64,000 nucleotides of DNA. It comes from Spirochaeta sp. GTDB lineage: Bacteria > Spirochaetota > Spirochaetia > DSM-27196 > Alkalispirochaetaceae. The translations under genes and the position numbers were made by a program. The stretch covers positions 1,159 to 65,158 of the forward strand of contig SLRR01000104.1 in NCBI GenBank assembly GCA_007130865.1, in the 5' to 3' direction. Positions 41,982 to 52,264 of the stretch are shown piece after piece (within the stretch, counting starts at the first letter, position 1; each line of letters opens with the position of its first letter). The notes under the pieces are model-generated. The model was not told where the DNA came from. It ran no database searches and was given only the letters and a program-made list of their open reading frames with translations.

Positions 41982-43673
41982 ATGGAACACTCACTGTCGG
42001 TGCTGGCCCGAGAGAGGTTCAGCCTGGACTATCTTTTTCCGTATCAGCGTCTGGTGATCACGAACATACTGACGGCGGCGGGTGCGTCCGCGCGGGACGG
42101 CGCGGAGGAAGACGTTTCCGGTTATGGCCGCCAGATCGTGATCCTTCCCACCGGAGCCGGAAAGAGTCTCTGCTTCCAGCTCCCCGCCGCTGTACTTCCG
42201 GGAACGACGCTCGTGGTATATCCGTTGTTGAGCCTGATGAACGACCAGGCGCGACGAATGCGCGAAGGCGGTTTCTCTGTAGTTCAACTGAAGGGCGGCC
42301 AGGTCGCGTCGGAACGTCGATCCATGTTAAAGAAAGTGCGCACCGGCGATCTGGATTTCGTGATTACCAATCCGGAGACGCTCCAGAACAGGACGATCCG
42401 GGAGACTCTCAAAGCTGCAAATCTCGTACACGCCGTGATCGATGAAGCCCACTGTATCAGCGAGTGGGGTGACAGCTTCCGTCCCCTTTACCTCACCCTG
42501 GGAGAAGCGCTGAGGGACCTGTCAATACCGATCGTCACCGCTTTCACCGCTACAGCCGGCGATCACGTGTTGAACCGCATCCGGGAGGTGCTCTTTCCGG
42601 ACTCAGGCGCCCGGGTTATCCGTGGTAACCCGGACCGCGAAAATATCTCCTACAGCGTAATCCCCTGCGTATCGCGGCTGCACGCGATACGGACGATCTT
42701 TCGAAATAACGGCAGTTGCACCGGTACGACCGGACAAGTTGAGTCGGCGATTCCACAGGACACCCTCCCGGTCTGGCATCCCGGAGATCCGATACCGCTC
42801 CCGGCTATAGTGTTCTGCGCTACCCGCGCCGAGACGCGGCGTTACGCAGCGCACCTGGAGAACGTTCTGGGAGAGGGTCGCGCGTTCTACTATCACGCCG
42901 GGCTTGAGCGGGAGCAGAAAAAAACCGTAGAGGATCGGTTTTTCCGTGCCCGGGATGCCGTGCTTTGCGCGACCTGTGCGTACGGTATGGGTGTGGACAA
43001 GCCCGATATCCGCGCCGTGGTCCATATCTACCTTCCGGGTTCGGTGGAAGCGTTCCTGCAGGAAAGCGGTCGCGGCGGACGCGACCGACAACCGGCGCGC
43101 TCGATCGTTCTCGTGGACCCGAAGGAAGATGCTCGCTTCCGGGGAGCCTCGCTATCCGGTGACGCGTCTGTGGTGCAACGCATGGCTTTCGGTAAGGGAT
43201 GCCGGCGCGAACCGCTACTGCTTGCGATGGGAACCACCCCGGATGCTTGTTCCGGATGCGACCAGTGCGAGAACTACGACGGGAGCGCCACCCACCGGGG
43301 CGATACTCAGCCGGGAGGAACTCCGGCGGCGACTTTCATCCGTGACCTGGTACGCGAATCACCGATCCGCCTCACAGCGACGGAATGGATTCGTGTTCTC
43401 CGGGGTCTTGCGTCGTGGCAGGACCGATGCCGAGGTTTCTCCCGCCGACGGGAGTTCGGCGTGCTTCGGCACTGGAAGGAGGAAGAGCTGCGGGAAGCGT
43501 TCGACCAGCTTCTCGGGGCGGGTTTTCTTGCGGAGCGGCGCGACCGGCGGCTCGCCGCCGCGGGACATGCCGCGGAACCTGCCGGCGGGTACGTCAGCGA
43601 CGGACTTCTCCGACGCGCAAGTCAAAGGGATCGCCCCCGACCATCCCTGCTACGGAATAGAGAGACTCGTTGA
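41982..43673 (+). CDS. RecQ family ATP-dependent DNA helicase (no HRDC domain evident)
   Basis: PTGAGKSLCFQ, IDEAHCISEWG.SFRP, YGMGVDK, QESGRGGRD, CSGCDQC. Confidence 0.88.
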   Translation: MEHSLSVLARERFSLDYLFPYQRLVITNILTAAGASARDGAEEDVSGYGRQIVILPTGAGKSLCFQLPAAVLPGTTLVVYPLLSLMNDQARRMREGGFSVVQLKGGQVASERRSMLKKVRTGDLDFVITNPETLQNRTIRETLKAANLVHAVIDEAHCISEWGDSFRPLYLTLGEALRDLSIPIVTAFTATAGDHVLNRIREVLFPDSGARVIRGNPDRENISYSVIPCVSRLHAIRTIFRNNGSCTGTTGQVESAIPQDTLPVWHPGDPIPLPAIVFCATRAETRRYAAHLENVLGEGRAFYYHAGLEREQKKTVEDRFFRARDAVLCATCAYGMGVDKPDIRAVVHIYLPGSVEAFLQESGRGGRDRQPARSIVLVDPKEDARFRGASLSGDASVVQRMAFGKGCRREPLLLAMGTTPDACSGCDQCENYDGSATHRGDTQPGGTPAATFIRDLVRESPIRLTATEWIRVLRGLASWQDRCRGFSRRREFGVLRHWKEEELREAFDQLLGAGFLAERRDRRLAAAGHAAEPAGGYVSDGLLRRASQRDRPRPSLLRNRETR

Positions 43674-45390
43674 GGGCGCCCGCCGCGCGGGTAAACATCG
43701 CAGGATAATCACGCAAGAGAAGATCGATCGATTCCGCGCGGTCCCGTCGATCCGTACGCAGTCGATCCACGGTCCGCGTCCCGAGGTACCAGTTAACCGC
43801 CCCTTCAGATCGCCGCAGAAGCTGCGACTGGAACTGGTTCACCACGAGGTAACGGTCGTCGGTCTCGTATCCCGCCCACGATAGGTATAATTCCCAGAAG
43901 TCACGTTCCCGCTGCGACAGGACGCGGTCCCAGTAATCGAATACCGTTCGGCGGTGCGCCGGTTCTTCGTAGAACACTCCGTGCATCGCCTCGTTCACCG
44001 CCAGTAACACCCTCAAGTCGGCGAGACTCTCCCGACTGATACTGAGCACTCCGCCTCGACCGGGAAGCAAGCGCTCGCCGCGGGCGAGTCCCGCGTCACC
44101 GACCCCGGAGAAATCGTTTTCCTGAAGCAACCCTGATTCGAGGAGAATCGCAAGAAGCGCGGTCTCCATTTCGTTCAGGGGAAAGTCCGTTACGTCGGCG
44201 GCGTTGTAGAACGCCGCCAGACTCTCGGTGCTGTAACCGTGGGCGTTCCAACCTCGGAGTCCCTGCAGCTGGTCGTCCTGCAGCAACCGGCCCCGGTATC
44301 CCCGTTTCTCCGCAAAGAACGCCAGGCGTTTGAACATCCGCGACTGTGTGTCGTAGGAGCGATGGTCAAACCAGAGAACTGCCGGATAGGGAGCCCAGGA
44401 AAAGTATTCGAAATCCTGCCGACGCCACCTTTCCCGGGGCCAGTTGAGTATCTCCCTGAGCCCGGCGATTATCGGTATCTCCCGTTCGTCCGGTCGCTCG
44501 TATACGGACACCCCGGTTACCAGGACTCCCTCAGGAATTCTGAGAGAAACACTGCGCGTGTCCTGAAACCACATATAGGGACGGATCTTCACCGACCGGT
44601 CACCCGGGCGCGGTCGCAGTTCCGCATCCAAGCTGCGACCGCCGGCGCTGTCGTTCAAGGTCGCGATCAAGATCGGACGGTTCGCGCGATCATCAAACAG
44701 GGACATCGCGGCGCGGTAATCGATCGCCAGCGCGTCCGAAACGTCGCGTATTGCACTTCGAATATCGCGGATTTCCAGTGTTTCGTCCGTAACGTACAGT
44801 GGCAGCGAGAGATCCGTCCGGAACGTTCCGGCGCTCGTATCGATCCCGATCGAGACCAGACGTTCTCCAAATAGAATTTCCTCTACGCGGAATCCCTGCG
44901 ACTCCGCGGCCGCCGTGAACTCGACCTCCCATGGCATATCGCCGCGGGAGGGGATCGGAACGGAGAACGTGTAACGTCGTTCGCCCCTGGTGCGATCATC
45001 CTTGATTATCTCGTCGAAGCGGTAGCGCACGGACTCGGAGGGAGTGAAAAAAGCGACCTTACCGCCGGTTACCTCGCCGCTTACGGTGACGATCATGCCG
45101 GGCCGATCGGTTTCCAGAGGAACCTCTGTATCATCGGTCGATTCGATACGGTAACGAAAAGGTCTCTCCGACTCCGGGTCGATCGGGATAACCAGTGCTT
45201 CCGACTCGTAGTCACGACGACCCAGATCGGAAACTTTCAACTCCATCCGTCGAGAATCGTCGCGTTTATCGATCCGGACGGTAACTGATTCCAGAGACCG
45301 GTTACACCCGGTAATCACCAGCGCCGCCGTTAGTATAATTACGGACTTTCTCAGCCGATCAGTCCTGGTGGATCGGGAGAAACAGTGCAT
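43594..45390 (-). CDS. Hypothetical lipoprotein
   Basis: Lipobox ITGC; 598 aa ORF; true start uncertain. Confidence 0.65.
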   Translation of the reverse strand: MHCFSRSTRTDRLRKSVIILTAALVITGCNRSLESVTVRIDKRDDSRRMELKVSDLGRRDYESEALVIPIDPESERPFRYRIESTDDTEVPLETDRPGMIVTVSGEVTGGKVAFFTPSESVRYRFDEIIKDDRTRGERRYTFSVPIPSRGDMPWEVEFTAAAESQGFRVEEILFGERLVSIGIDTSAGTFRTDLSLPLYVTDETLEIRDIRSAIRDVSDALAIDYRAAMSLFDDRANRPILIATLNDSAGGRSLDAELRPRPGDRSVKIRPYMWFQDTRSVSLRIPEGVLVTGVSVYERPDEREIPIIAGLREILNWPRERWRRQDFEYFSWAPYPAVLWFDHRSYDTQSRMFKRLAFFAEKRGYRGRLLQDDQLQGLRGWNAHGYSTESLAAFYNAADVTDFPLNEMETALLAILLESGLLQENDFSGVGDAGLARGERLLPGRGGVLSISRESLADLRVLLAVNEAMHGVFYEEPAHRRTVFDYWDRVLSQRERDFWELYLSWAGYETDDRYLVVNQFQSQLLRRSEGAVNWYLGTRTVDRLRTDRRDRAESIDLLLRDYPAMFTRAAGALNESLYSVAGMVGGDPFDLRVGEVRR

Positions 45391-45399
45391 ACCGGAGCG

Positions 45400-46167
45400 T
45401 CACAGGAGACGCAGAACGCTCCACGTCACCAGTTCCGCGATCTCCCGCTTCCGCTTGTCCGTGACCACAGAATCAGATCGCAACAGGTATTCAAGACGCG
45501 TATCGAACTCCTCGGGCAGGACCGGAAGTTGTCGCAACTGTTCGTTCAGAATTCTCCCGGCCGGTTCAAACCGCCGGTTTATGGCAAACAGCAGTGCCGA
45601 GAGTGTATTGAGAAAGGACGCCAGTGAAAGGGTATAGAACAGCACTTCCCCGGAATACACCGCGCTCGAGAGATCCGTGAGAACGTGGTCCATGCGGGCT
45701 CGCAACGCCTGGACACGTCGGTCCCAGAAGCTGTCGGGAATCTCGTTCAGCATCTGCCGTGTCCGGTCCACCCAGTCACCGCGGGAATAGATAAGCTCCC
45801 CCTTCTTCAGACGATAGAATCCATATGTGCTTTCCGGGAAACCTCCGTCACAGTTGCCAAAAACGGTCTCTAAAACGCTGTCGAACGCGTGCTGATCCTT
45901 GTACTCCAGACGGACCGGTACATCGTCGATGAGAAACCGGTCCTTTTGTTCGTCCCGGGTGGTCTCAAAACCTGCTGCAAAGGGAAACGCCGCTTCCCGG
46001 ACCTCCCTGCCCGGTATAGGACCGTTGTAGTACACATCGTAACTAATGAAGAAACTGGGATCATACCGATCGGAACCGAAGCGCAGCATTACGACTGCAT
46101 ATACCGCATCCCATTCCTTGAGTACCGGCAATACCATCTCCGTGGTGACTTTAAGAATTGCGTCCAT
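45400..46167 (-). CDS. Nucleotidyltransferase-like (DUF4037-type) protein
   Basis: N-terminal DPSFFISYDVY segment and helical C-terminus LFAINRRF. Confidence 0.6.
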   Translation of the reverse strand: MDAILKVTTEMVLPVLKEWDAVYAVVMLRFGSDRYDPSFFISYDVYYNGPIPGREVREAAFPFAAGFETTRDEQKDRFLIDDVPVRLEYKDQHAFDSVLETVFGNCDGGFPESTYGFYRLKKGELIYSRGDWVDRTRQMLNEIPDSFWDRRVQALRARMDHVLTDLSSAVYSGEVLFYTLSLASFLNTLSALLFAINRRFEPAGRILNEQLRQLPVLPEEFDTRLEYLLRSDSVVTDKRKREIAELVTWSVLRLL

Positions 46168-46204
46168 GGCTGATCTACTTTACCATACCACGGAGCACTT
46201 GCCT

Positions 46205-46801
46205 ATGTTCGTAACCGCGTTACGCCTTGCCCCGAACATCGAGAGACCACTCATGGAGCTCCAGGACAGGCTCTTTCGGTCCTGCGGGCTGTTATCAACA
46301 CGCCTTTTTCCTCCGTTGATACCCCTCGCTTGCTTCGAGTTGCGCACCGCGGCAGACGAAAGCGGTCACCGGAGACGCCTGGTTACGCTGCTCGATGGAG
46401 TTCGTCGTTCTTTACCGCTGGAACTCCAGGGATACGCGGACGCGCCGGTGCGGAAAGACGCCCCGACGACGCACGATGTGTCGCTGCAGGTACGGATCCG
46501 AAACTATCATGCGTTTCTCGAACTGCTCCTACGCGAGATGGGAGAGTTTGTCTGCATCGCCGATCAGCGCGATGCCCCACGGATAGTACTGGCCCGGGAG
46601 AATCCGAGTTCATTCTCTAACGACCGTACCGCTGAACTCCAGTACTGTCTTGACGGAACATCGCTGCCGGCCCTTCCCGTTACGGCGGCGTTCTGGTTGT
46701 GGGCGGCGGAGGTGATTCCGGGACCCGACGTCACGGACTGGTGGATCTCCGCACAGTGGCAGGAGTTGTTCTCCCGTCGCGTCACGATAGTCAACGCATA
46801 G
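46205..46801 (+). CDS. Hypothetical protein
   Basis: ORF filling the gap, GGAG upstream of the ATG. Confidence 0.55.
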   Translation: MFVTALRLAPNIERPLMELQDRLFRSCGLLSTRLFPPLIPLACFELRTAADESGHRRRLVTLLDGVRRSLPLELQGYADAPVRKDAPTTHDVSLQVRIRNYHAFLELLLREMGEFVCIADQRDAPRIVLARENPSSFSNDRTAELQYCLDGTSLPALPVTAAFWLWAAEVIPGPDVTDWWISAQWQELFSRRVTIVNA

Positions 46802-46820
46802 CACTCCGACGCTCGACGTA

Positions 46821-48506
46821 TCAACGCCTGGCGACGACCACGCGGTTACGCCCGCCCTCCTTGGCATCGTAGAGCGCACCGTCGGCGGCTTCGTTCAACT
46901 CCACCGAGCTCTCATAGTGGGGATACTCCGCGATACCACAACTCAAGGTCACGGTGAACTCCGTATTACCATCGGTCTGACGTATACGGCCAAAGCTCTC
47001 TCTGATCTCGTTCATGATCGTTTCCGCCCAGGAAGCGTCGGTGTTGAAGAGGATCACCCCGAACTCTTCGCCCCCGTACCGTCCGATCGTATCGCTGCGG
47101 CGCAATCGTTCCTGTAGAAGCCGGGCAAGACTCTGGATCACGCGGTCCCCTGTAAGGTGTCCGTAGGTATCGTTCACGGACTTGAACCGGTCCAGATCGA
47201 TCATGACGAACACCAGGGGCAGCCCGATCCGACGTGCCCGCTGAAGCTCCTGTTCAAGGTGCTGTTTCAGGTTGGTGTGGTTCAGGAGTCCCGTGAGAGA
47301 ATCCCGCTCCATGTAGAAACGCATCGCCCGCGTACGGGCGGCACGAACTGTAACCGAGGTCACCAGGTATTCCGGATCGATCGGTTTGACAAAAAAACCG
47401 TCGCCGCCGCTGCGCATAGCCGTAAGCTGCTTCTCCGCATCCGTCTCCGTTGAGAGATAGAGGATCGGGACACCCACGAAATTCTCATTCTGACGGATTA
47501 TCGCCGCCAGTTCCGCCCCGGTGCATTCCGGCATGTACATATCCAGAAGAATCAGTTCCGGGCGGTAATCAACGAGAACCTGAAAGATCCGGGAGGGATC
47601 CGTCACGACCGAGGTGATCATTCCGGCTTCCTGTAGTACCAGGGCGGTGTCCGACACCTGTTCCGGGTCGTCGTCCACGATCAGAATATGGTACGGCTCC
47701 GGGTTCTTGTTCCTCGTGAGCTTGTCTATCCGATCGACAAACCTCGTCAGATCTATCGGAGTAGGCAGGAACGCGTCTGCGCCGTACCGAACCGTTCGCA
47801 GCCTGGTCTGGAAGTCATCTTCGTCTCCCAGTAGAATCAGGACGATTCCCTTTCGGTATCGCTCGCGTAATTCCCGGAGCAACGCCAGACGGGCAGGACT
47901 CCCCGAAAAGTGGTTCACTCCCGCCACCAGCACCACATACCGATACCGGTCATCTTCGTGGGCGTGCTCGGCGTTATCATCCGCCTGAAGCTTGAGACGG
48001 CAGAAGTCGGCCACCACATCGATCGTCGCGGCAAAACTGACGGCAAAGCGGAAGACCGCCACCTGGTCACCAAAATCCTCGGGAAGGCCCGGAACATCTC
48101 CCACCAGGATCACCGCGCGGTCATACCGTACGGCCGGCGCATCGGAACCCCGCTGACCGGAGTCGTTGTTAACCGGGTCTCGTTCGACCCGTTCCATTCG
48201 CTCCTGAAAAGAGAGATACGCTGTCTTCGTCTCCTCCGAGGGAGAACGCACCTCGGCAGCGAGGTCGCGTTCGATCCGCGACTCCAGAGTCCGAGCTGCC
48301 GCTCCCAGCTTCTCGTAACCGAACGTCGTAGCACTGCCCGCCACTCGGTGCACGCGCAGACGCATCTCGCGCAGGCTTTCCCGGTTACCCGTCTCCGATT
48401 GATCCATGAGAGAACGTATCTCCCTCATCCGTTCCGGAACGCGACGGACGAACTCCCGGGACAGCGCTTCCAGGCGTTCCTGGACGTTTTTCGGCAAGTC
48501 ACTCAT
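46821..48506 (-). CDS. Diguanylate cyclase response regulator (Hpt-REC-REC-GGDEF)
   Basis: HRVAGSATTFG (Hpt), ILIVDDD/LLDMYMP (REC), RRSD I-site, RYGGEEF. Confidence 0.92.
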   Translation of the reverse strand: MSDLPKNVQERLEALSREFVRRVPERMREIRSLMDQSETGNRESLREMRLRVHRVAGSATTFGYEKLGAAARTLESRIERDLAAEVRSPSEETKTAYLSFQERMERVERDPVNNDSGQRGSDAPAVRYDRAVILVGDVPGLPEDFGDQVAVFRFAVSFAATIDVVADFCRLKLQADDNAEHAHEDDRYRYVVLVAGVNHFSGSPARLALLRELRERYRKGIVLILLGDEDDFQTRLRTVRYGADAFLPTPIDLTRFVDRIDKLTRNKNPEPYHILIVDDDPEQVSDTALVLQEAGMITSVVTDPSRIFQVLVDYRPELILLDMYMPECTGAELAAIIRQNENFVGVPILYLSTETDAEKQLTAMRSGGDGFFVKPIDPEYLVTSVTVRAARTRAMRFYMERDSLTGLLNHTNLKQHLEQELQRARRIGLPLVFVMIDLDRFKSVNDTYGHLTGDRVIQSLARLLQERLRRSDTIGRYGGEEFGVILFNTDASWAETIMNEIRESFGRIRQTDGNTEFTVTLSCGIAEYPHYESSVELNEAADGALYDAKEGGRNRVVVARR

Positions 48507-49572
48507 CGGTACTCTCCAATTGACTCAGCGCCCATCGTGCATGAATCGCCACTACTTCATTACCGTCATCGGCACAAATCTTCAATTCTTCAATTAGCTC
48601 CCGGGCGCCCAGATTGGCAGCGGCGATACAGGCGTTACGCACCAACCCTTCCCTCCCGGCTCTCATCACCGGAGATCCGGCAAACCTTGATCGGAACTCT
48701 TCCTCGGTCCGTATCTCAAGTATATCCTTCAACAGCTGCCGATCACCAGCGATCGGTTTCAGAAACCCCGCAACGTCGGTGACCGTGGCTCGTACGTTCA
48801 GAGGACAGACTTCCTGGCAGAGGTCGCACCCGAAGATCCAGTCTCCCATAAGAGGACGCAGCTCCTCCGGGATGACGCCGCGGTGTTCGATCGTCAGGTA
48901 CGATATACACCGGCTGCCGTCGATCCGGTGCGGACCCAGAAGTGCCCCCGTGGGACACACATCGATGCAACGGGTGCAGTTTAAAGGGCACGCACCGTGA
49001 TGCGTACCCGCCGATTCAGACGGATCCAGCGCGATCGTAGTGAGGATTTCTCCAACTACAAACCAGCTGCCGAACTGTCCGTTGATCAGGAGAGTGTGAC
49101 GACCGGTAAACCCGATTCCGGCGCGCTCCGCGTAAAAACGTTCCGCCAGCGGCGTCGCGTCGGTCCAGGACCGGAACTGCTCGTCCGGAAACTGCTCCTG
49201 TAGTTGCCGCGCCACGCGCTTGATCCGTTTTCCCAGTTCCTTGTGGTAATCGCGACCCCATGCATAGCGCGCAAGCCGTCCGGACGGCTCCGGTGGCGCA
49301 TCGGTCCGCTTCTGGTAGTAATTCAGCGCGATAAAAACGATCGACCGTGTACCCGGCAGGAGGCGCTCAGGATGGAATTTGAGCGCCGCGTGTTTCTCCA
49401 TCCAACGCATCGCCCCGTGGTATCCTCTACCCAACCAACGGCGGTACTGTTCCTCTTCCTCTTCCACGTTGTCGTGCACGGAGGTGATACCCGCAAGGTG
49501 CAAGCCCTCCTGGCGGAGACTATTCCGGATTACCGGGTCTACCTCGGGATACCAGGGGTTACGGACGATCAT
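48499..49572 (-). CDS. queG: tRNA epoxyqueuosine(34) reductase
   Basis: ARYAWGRDYH, CTRCIDVCPTGAL, CISYLTIE, FGCDLCQEVCP. Confidence 0.95.
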   Translation of the reverse strand: MIVRNPWYPEVDPVIRNSLRQEGLHLAGITSVHDNVEEEEEQYRRWLGRGYHGAMRWMEKHAALKFHPERLLPGTRSIVFIALNYYQKRTDAPPEPSGRLARYAWGRDYHKELGKRIKRVARQLQEQFPDEQFRSWTDATPLAERFYAERAGIGFTGRHTLLINGQFGSWFVVGEILTTIALDPSESAGTHHGACPLNCTRCIDVCPTGALLGPHRIDGSRCISYLTIEHRGVIPEELRPLMGDWIFGCDLCQEVCPLNVRATVTDVAGFLKPIAGDRQLLKDILEIRTEEEFRSRFAGSPVMRAGREGLVRNACIAAANLGARELIEELKICADDGNEVVAIHARWALSQLESTDE

Positions 49573-50203
49573 CGGACGGTACCGAGGGACACCAGGACGC
49601 CACGGGGCAACGGACGCACGCGGGGTTACGGGCAAAACAATATCGTCGTCCGTGATAGTTCAGGCGCATGCTCGCGATGTTCCAGAGTTCCCGGGGCAGG
49701 ATAGCCGCTACGTCGCGCTCAAGACGGTTCGGGTCGTTACTCGCACTATACCCGAGCCGGCGGACCACCCGTCCAAAGTGGGTATCCACGATAATCGCAG
49801 GTTTATCGTGGACGTGCATCAGGATGACTCCCGCAGACTTTCTGCCCACTCCGGGGATTTCGACAAGTTCCTCCATCGTGTCCGGAATCATGCAATCGTG
49901 ATTGTCCCGGAGATGTCGGGCAGCTCCGACGATACTGATCGCTTTCCGTCGGAAGAATCCTACAGAATGAATTATCGTCTCCACCTCGGACTGTTCTGCC
50001 GAGGCAAGCGTCGCCGGATCCGGGTACCGCCGGAAGAGATCAGGCAAAACCCGGTTGACCTGCTCGTCCGTGGTCTGCGCCGAGAGAATCACCGCGATGA
50101 GCAACTCGAAAGGTGTTCGGAAATCGAGCAGGCTCGGCGTCTCCGGATACTCCTGGACAAGCGCCTCAAGGATAGTCCGGAAGCGCTCTTGTTCAGCGTC
50201 CAT
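49559..50203 (-). CDS. nth: Endonuclease III
   Basis: LSAQTTDEQVN, PGVGRKSA, VDTHFGR, C..RNPACVRCP...CP. Confidence 0.95.
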   Translation of the reverse strand: MDAEQERFRTILEALVQEYPETPSLLDFRTPFELLIAVILSAQTTDEQVNRVLPDLFRRYPDPATLASAEQSEVETIIHSVGFFRRKAISIVGAARHLRDNHDCMIPDTMEELVEIPGVGRKSAGVILMHVHDKPAIIVDTHFGRVVRRLGYSASNDPNRLERDVAAILPRELWNIASMRLNYHGRRYCFARNPACVRCPVASWCPSVPSDDRP

Positions 50204-50276
50204 ACGCGAGGGACAATAACACACCGTGCGACACCTGGGGAATGCCGAAGGTTCCGCGAATAGAGGGTCCCCGGCC

Positions 50277-50305
50277 TTGACCGCCGTCGATCTCGCTCCT
50301 ATACT
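50277..50305 (+). promoter_or_regulatory. Sigma-70 promoter of tRNA-Pro/Arg
   Basis: TTGACC-17-TATACT. Confidence 0.75.
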
Positions 50306-50316
50306 CTGGCCGATCA

Positions 50317-50389
50317 CGGGATGTAGCCTAGTGGCTAAGGCGCCTGCTTTGGGAGCAGGAGATCGCCGGTTCGAGTCCGGCCATCCCGA
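50317..50389 (+). tRNA. tRNA-Pro (TGG)
   Basis: Cloverleaf, cctgc-TTTGGGA-gcagg. Confidence 0.95.
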
Positions 50390-50401
50390 GTAAGACCGCC
50401 G

Positions 50402-50475
50402 GCGCCCATAGCTCAGCTGGATAGAGCATCGGCCTTCTAAGCCGAGGGTCACAGGTTCAAGTCCTGTTGGGCGCG
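50402..50475 (+). tRNA. tRNA-Arg (TCT)
   Basis: Cloverleaf, tcggc-CTTCTAA-gccga. Confidence 0.95.
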
Positions 50476-50479
50476 GTTC

Positions 50480-51286
50480 ATGTTCAGGATGCTTGCCTGT
50501 GATATCGACCACACGATTCTCCCCCCGGGCGGTTCCGTATCAGCGGAGGACATCGCTACATTCCGGGAGCTGCAAGCCCGGGGCGTCACGGTGGTTCTGG
50601 CGAGCGGTCGCGCTACGGCCAGCACCCGGGCGATCATGGAGTCGATCTTCAACTCGGAACGTCCGGAGTACCTCATATCCTACAACGGTGCCCGGATAGA
50701 CTCCCTACCCGACGAGGAGACGCTCTTCGCGAGCAACCTCGCGCCGGACCTGGTGCGGGAAATCGGGGCATGGTGTCGCAAGAACGGCGTCACCCTGCAG
50801 GGATACGCCGGTCGGGAAATACTGGTAGAGTCGGAAAATGAGTACGTCCGGCCCTACTCGATCGCTTCCGGTATGAAGTACCGGGTTGTACCGGAGATAG
50901 CCGAGGCGGTCACTCCCGCCGGGGGCACACCCAAACTGGTGTGCCACGACAGGCGGGAACGGCTTCCGCATCACATCGAGACTCTGCGAAAACTCGCGCG
51001 ACAGCGGTGGACCGTAGTAACCTCGATCCCGTACTTCGTGGAACTACTGGCTCCCGGTACCAACAAGGGATCCGCCCTGCGTCGTCTCGCGAACTATCTG
51101 GGTTATTCCACCGACGAGGTGATCGCCTTCGGGGATAATCTGAACGATATGGAAATGATCCGCGACGCCGGAACAGGCGTGGCAGTAGCCAACGCCGTAC
51201 CGGAGTTGAAGGAGATAGCGGACTGGGTTACCACCCGGAGCGCCCGGGAGAGCGCGCTCACGGAAGTGGCGGAACGTTTCTTCTGA
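50480..51286 (+). CDS. Cof-type HAD-IIB hydrolase
   Basis: DIDHT, LASGR, SYNGA, NKG, FGDNLNDMEM. Confidence 0.92.
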   Translation: MFRMLACDIDHTILPPGGSVSAEDIATFRELQARGVTVVLASGRATASTRAIMESIFNSERPEYLISYNGARIDSLPDEETLFASNLAPDLVREIGAWCRKNGVTLQGYAGREILVESENEYVRPYSIASGMKYRVVPEIAEAVTPAGGTPKLVCHDRRERLPHHIETLRKLARQRWTVVTSIPYFVELLAPGTNKGSALRRLANYLGYSTDEVIAFGDNLNDMEMIRDAGTGVAVANAVPELKEIADWVTTRSARESALTEVAERFF

Positions 51287-51293
51287 CCGTTGC

Positions 51294-52199
51294 TCAACGA
51301 GCGCTCGATCCCGATCCTGTCGCGATCGCGATGATCTCCGGCCGGTACTCGAAGTGCACGTTGTCAAAGGAGAGCCATTTACCGCCCCAGATAAAGCCCT
51401 CCGCCTCAAACGCGTCGATTACCGGCTGCGGCACGTGCCAGCGTCGGTTCATGGGTATGCGCCACCACTCCTCTTCCCCGCCGTCCACCGCCCAGCGCCA
51501 GTAGCCGACCTGGCTGCCGAACGTCCTCGGCATGAGATCCACCGCGATCCCGTAACTGTGGTAACTGCGTCGCGGAGTCCCGGCGATCTTTCGCCAGCTG
51601 TACCCGTGTACCTGGGCAAGGTCCCGGACGAACCGTCTCGTTTCTCCGTCCACAAGGATCTGTCGTCGGATCGACCGGTCCACCCGTTCCAGAGGACCTG
51701 CCAGGAGGGGATGTACCCGCGTGCGGTGTCCGAGAAACTCCACCGATTTCATCGTCTGCTCCGCCTCAGCCCGTGAAGAAATACCGTACAACGTGTCCAG
51801 GAACTCGTTAAACCGCGCACCGCCATCGTTGCTGAATGTCTGCATGCGGTTTCGCAGCCGGTCTTCCAGTTCCTCCGTGATTTCCCGCTGAACCGGAGGT
51901 CCCGGCTCGTAGTTGTAGAACCGGATCGGGACGAACTCCTGCCAGGAATGGCGGTGTTCCGCCGGGAGAAGCCGCCCTTCCGCCCAATAGAACCACCGGC
52001 CGTCCATCTGGAGCGCCCATTCTCCCTGGCGCATACCGATCGCGTCGATCCGGCTCGGGTACGCTTCCAGCATCGCACGGATCTCCCTTTCTCCCGGTGC
52101 GGAATCCCGCTGCGGTACGGAACTTCCCGTTTCCGAACCTTCCGCGATGATCTCCGCGCGGAAAAGCAAGAGCAGGATCAGAAAGATGCCGAGCTTCAT
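51294..52199 (-). CDS. Secreted M15 family metallopeptidase
   Basis: WRKIAGT..RSYHSYGIAVD, GFIWGGKW..FDNVHFEYRP. Confidence 0.88.
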   Translation of the reverse strand: MKLGIFLILLLLFRAEIIAEGSETGSSVPQRDSAPGEREIRAMLEAYPSRIDAIGMRQGEWALQMDGRWFYWAEGRLLPAEHRHSWQEFVPIRFYNYEPGPPVQREITEELEDRLRNRMQTFSNDGGARFNEFLDTLYGISSRAEAEQTMKSVEFLGHRTRVHPLLAGPLERVDRSIRRQILVDGETRRFVRDLAQVHGYSWRKIAGTPRRSYHSYGIAVDLMPRTFGSQVGYWRWAVDGGEEEWWRIPMNRRWHVPQPVIDAFEAEGFIWGGKWLSFDNVHFEYRPEIIAIATGSGSSAR

Positions 52200-52206
52200 A
52201 GTCGGA

Positions 52207-52257
52207 AATATACTGCACCAGGGATTGCTTGTCACGCCACAGTTTTTGTTCCATAGT
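52207..52257. promoter_or_regulatory. Back-to-back sigma-70 promoters with overlapping -35 boxes, both predicted leaderless
   Basis: Minus GTGACA-17-TATATT-7-ATG(52199); plus TTGTCA-17-CATAGT-7-ATG(52265). Confidence 0.55.
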
Positions 52258-52264
52258 TGCGTTA

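Noticed and set aside
46205-46801. 2H phosphoesterase / 2'-5' RNA ligase call
   Set aside because: Vague resemblance only; the two HxT/S catalytic motifs are not present
50204-50512. N-terminal extension of the nth ORF
   Set aside because: It is the antisense reading of two tRNA genes; the likely start is ATG 50203
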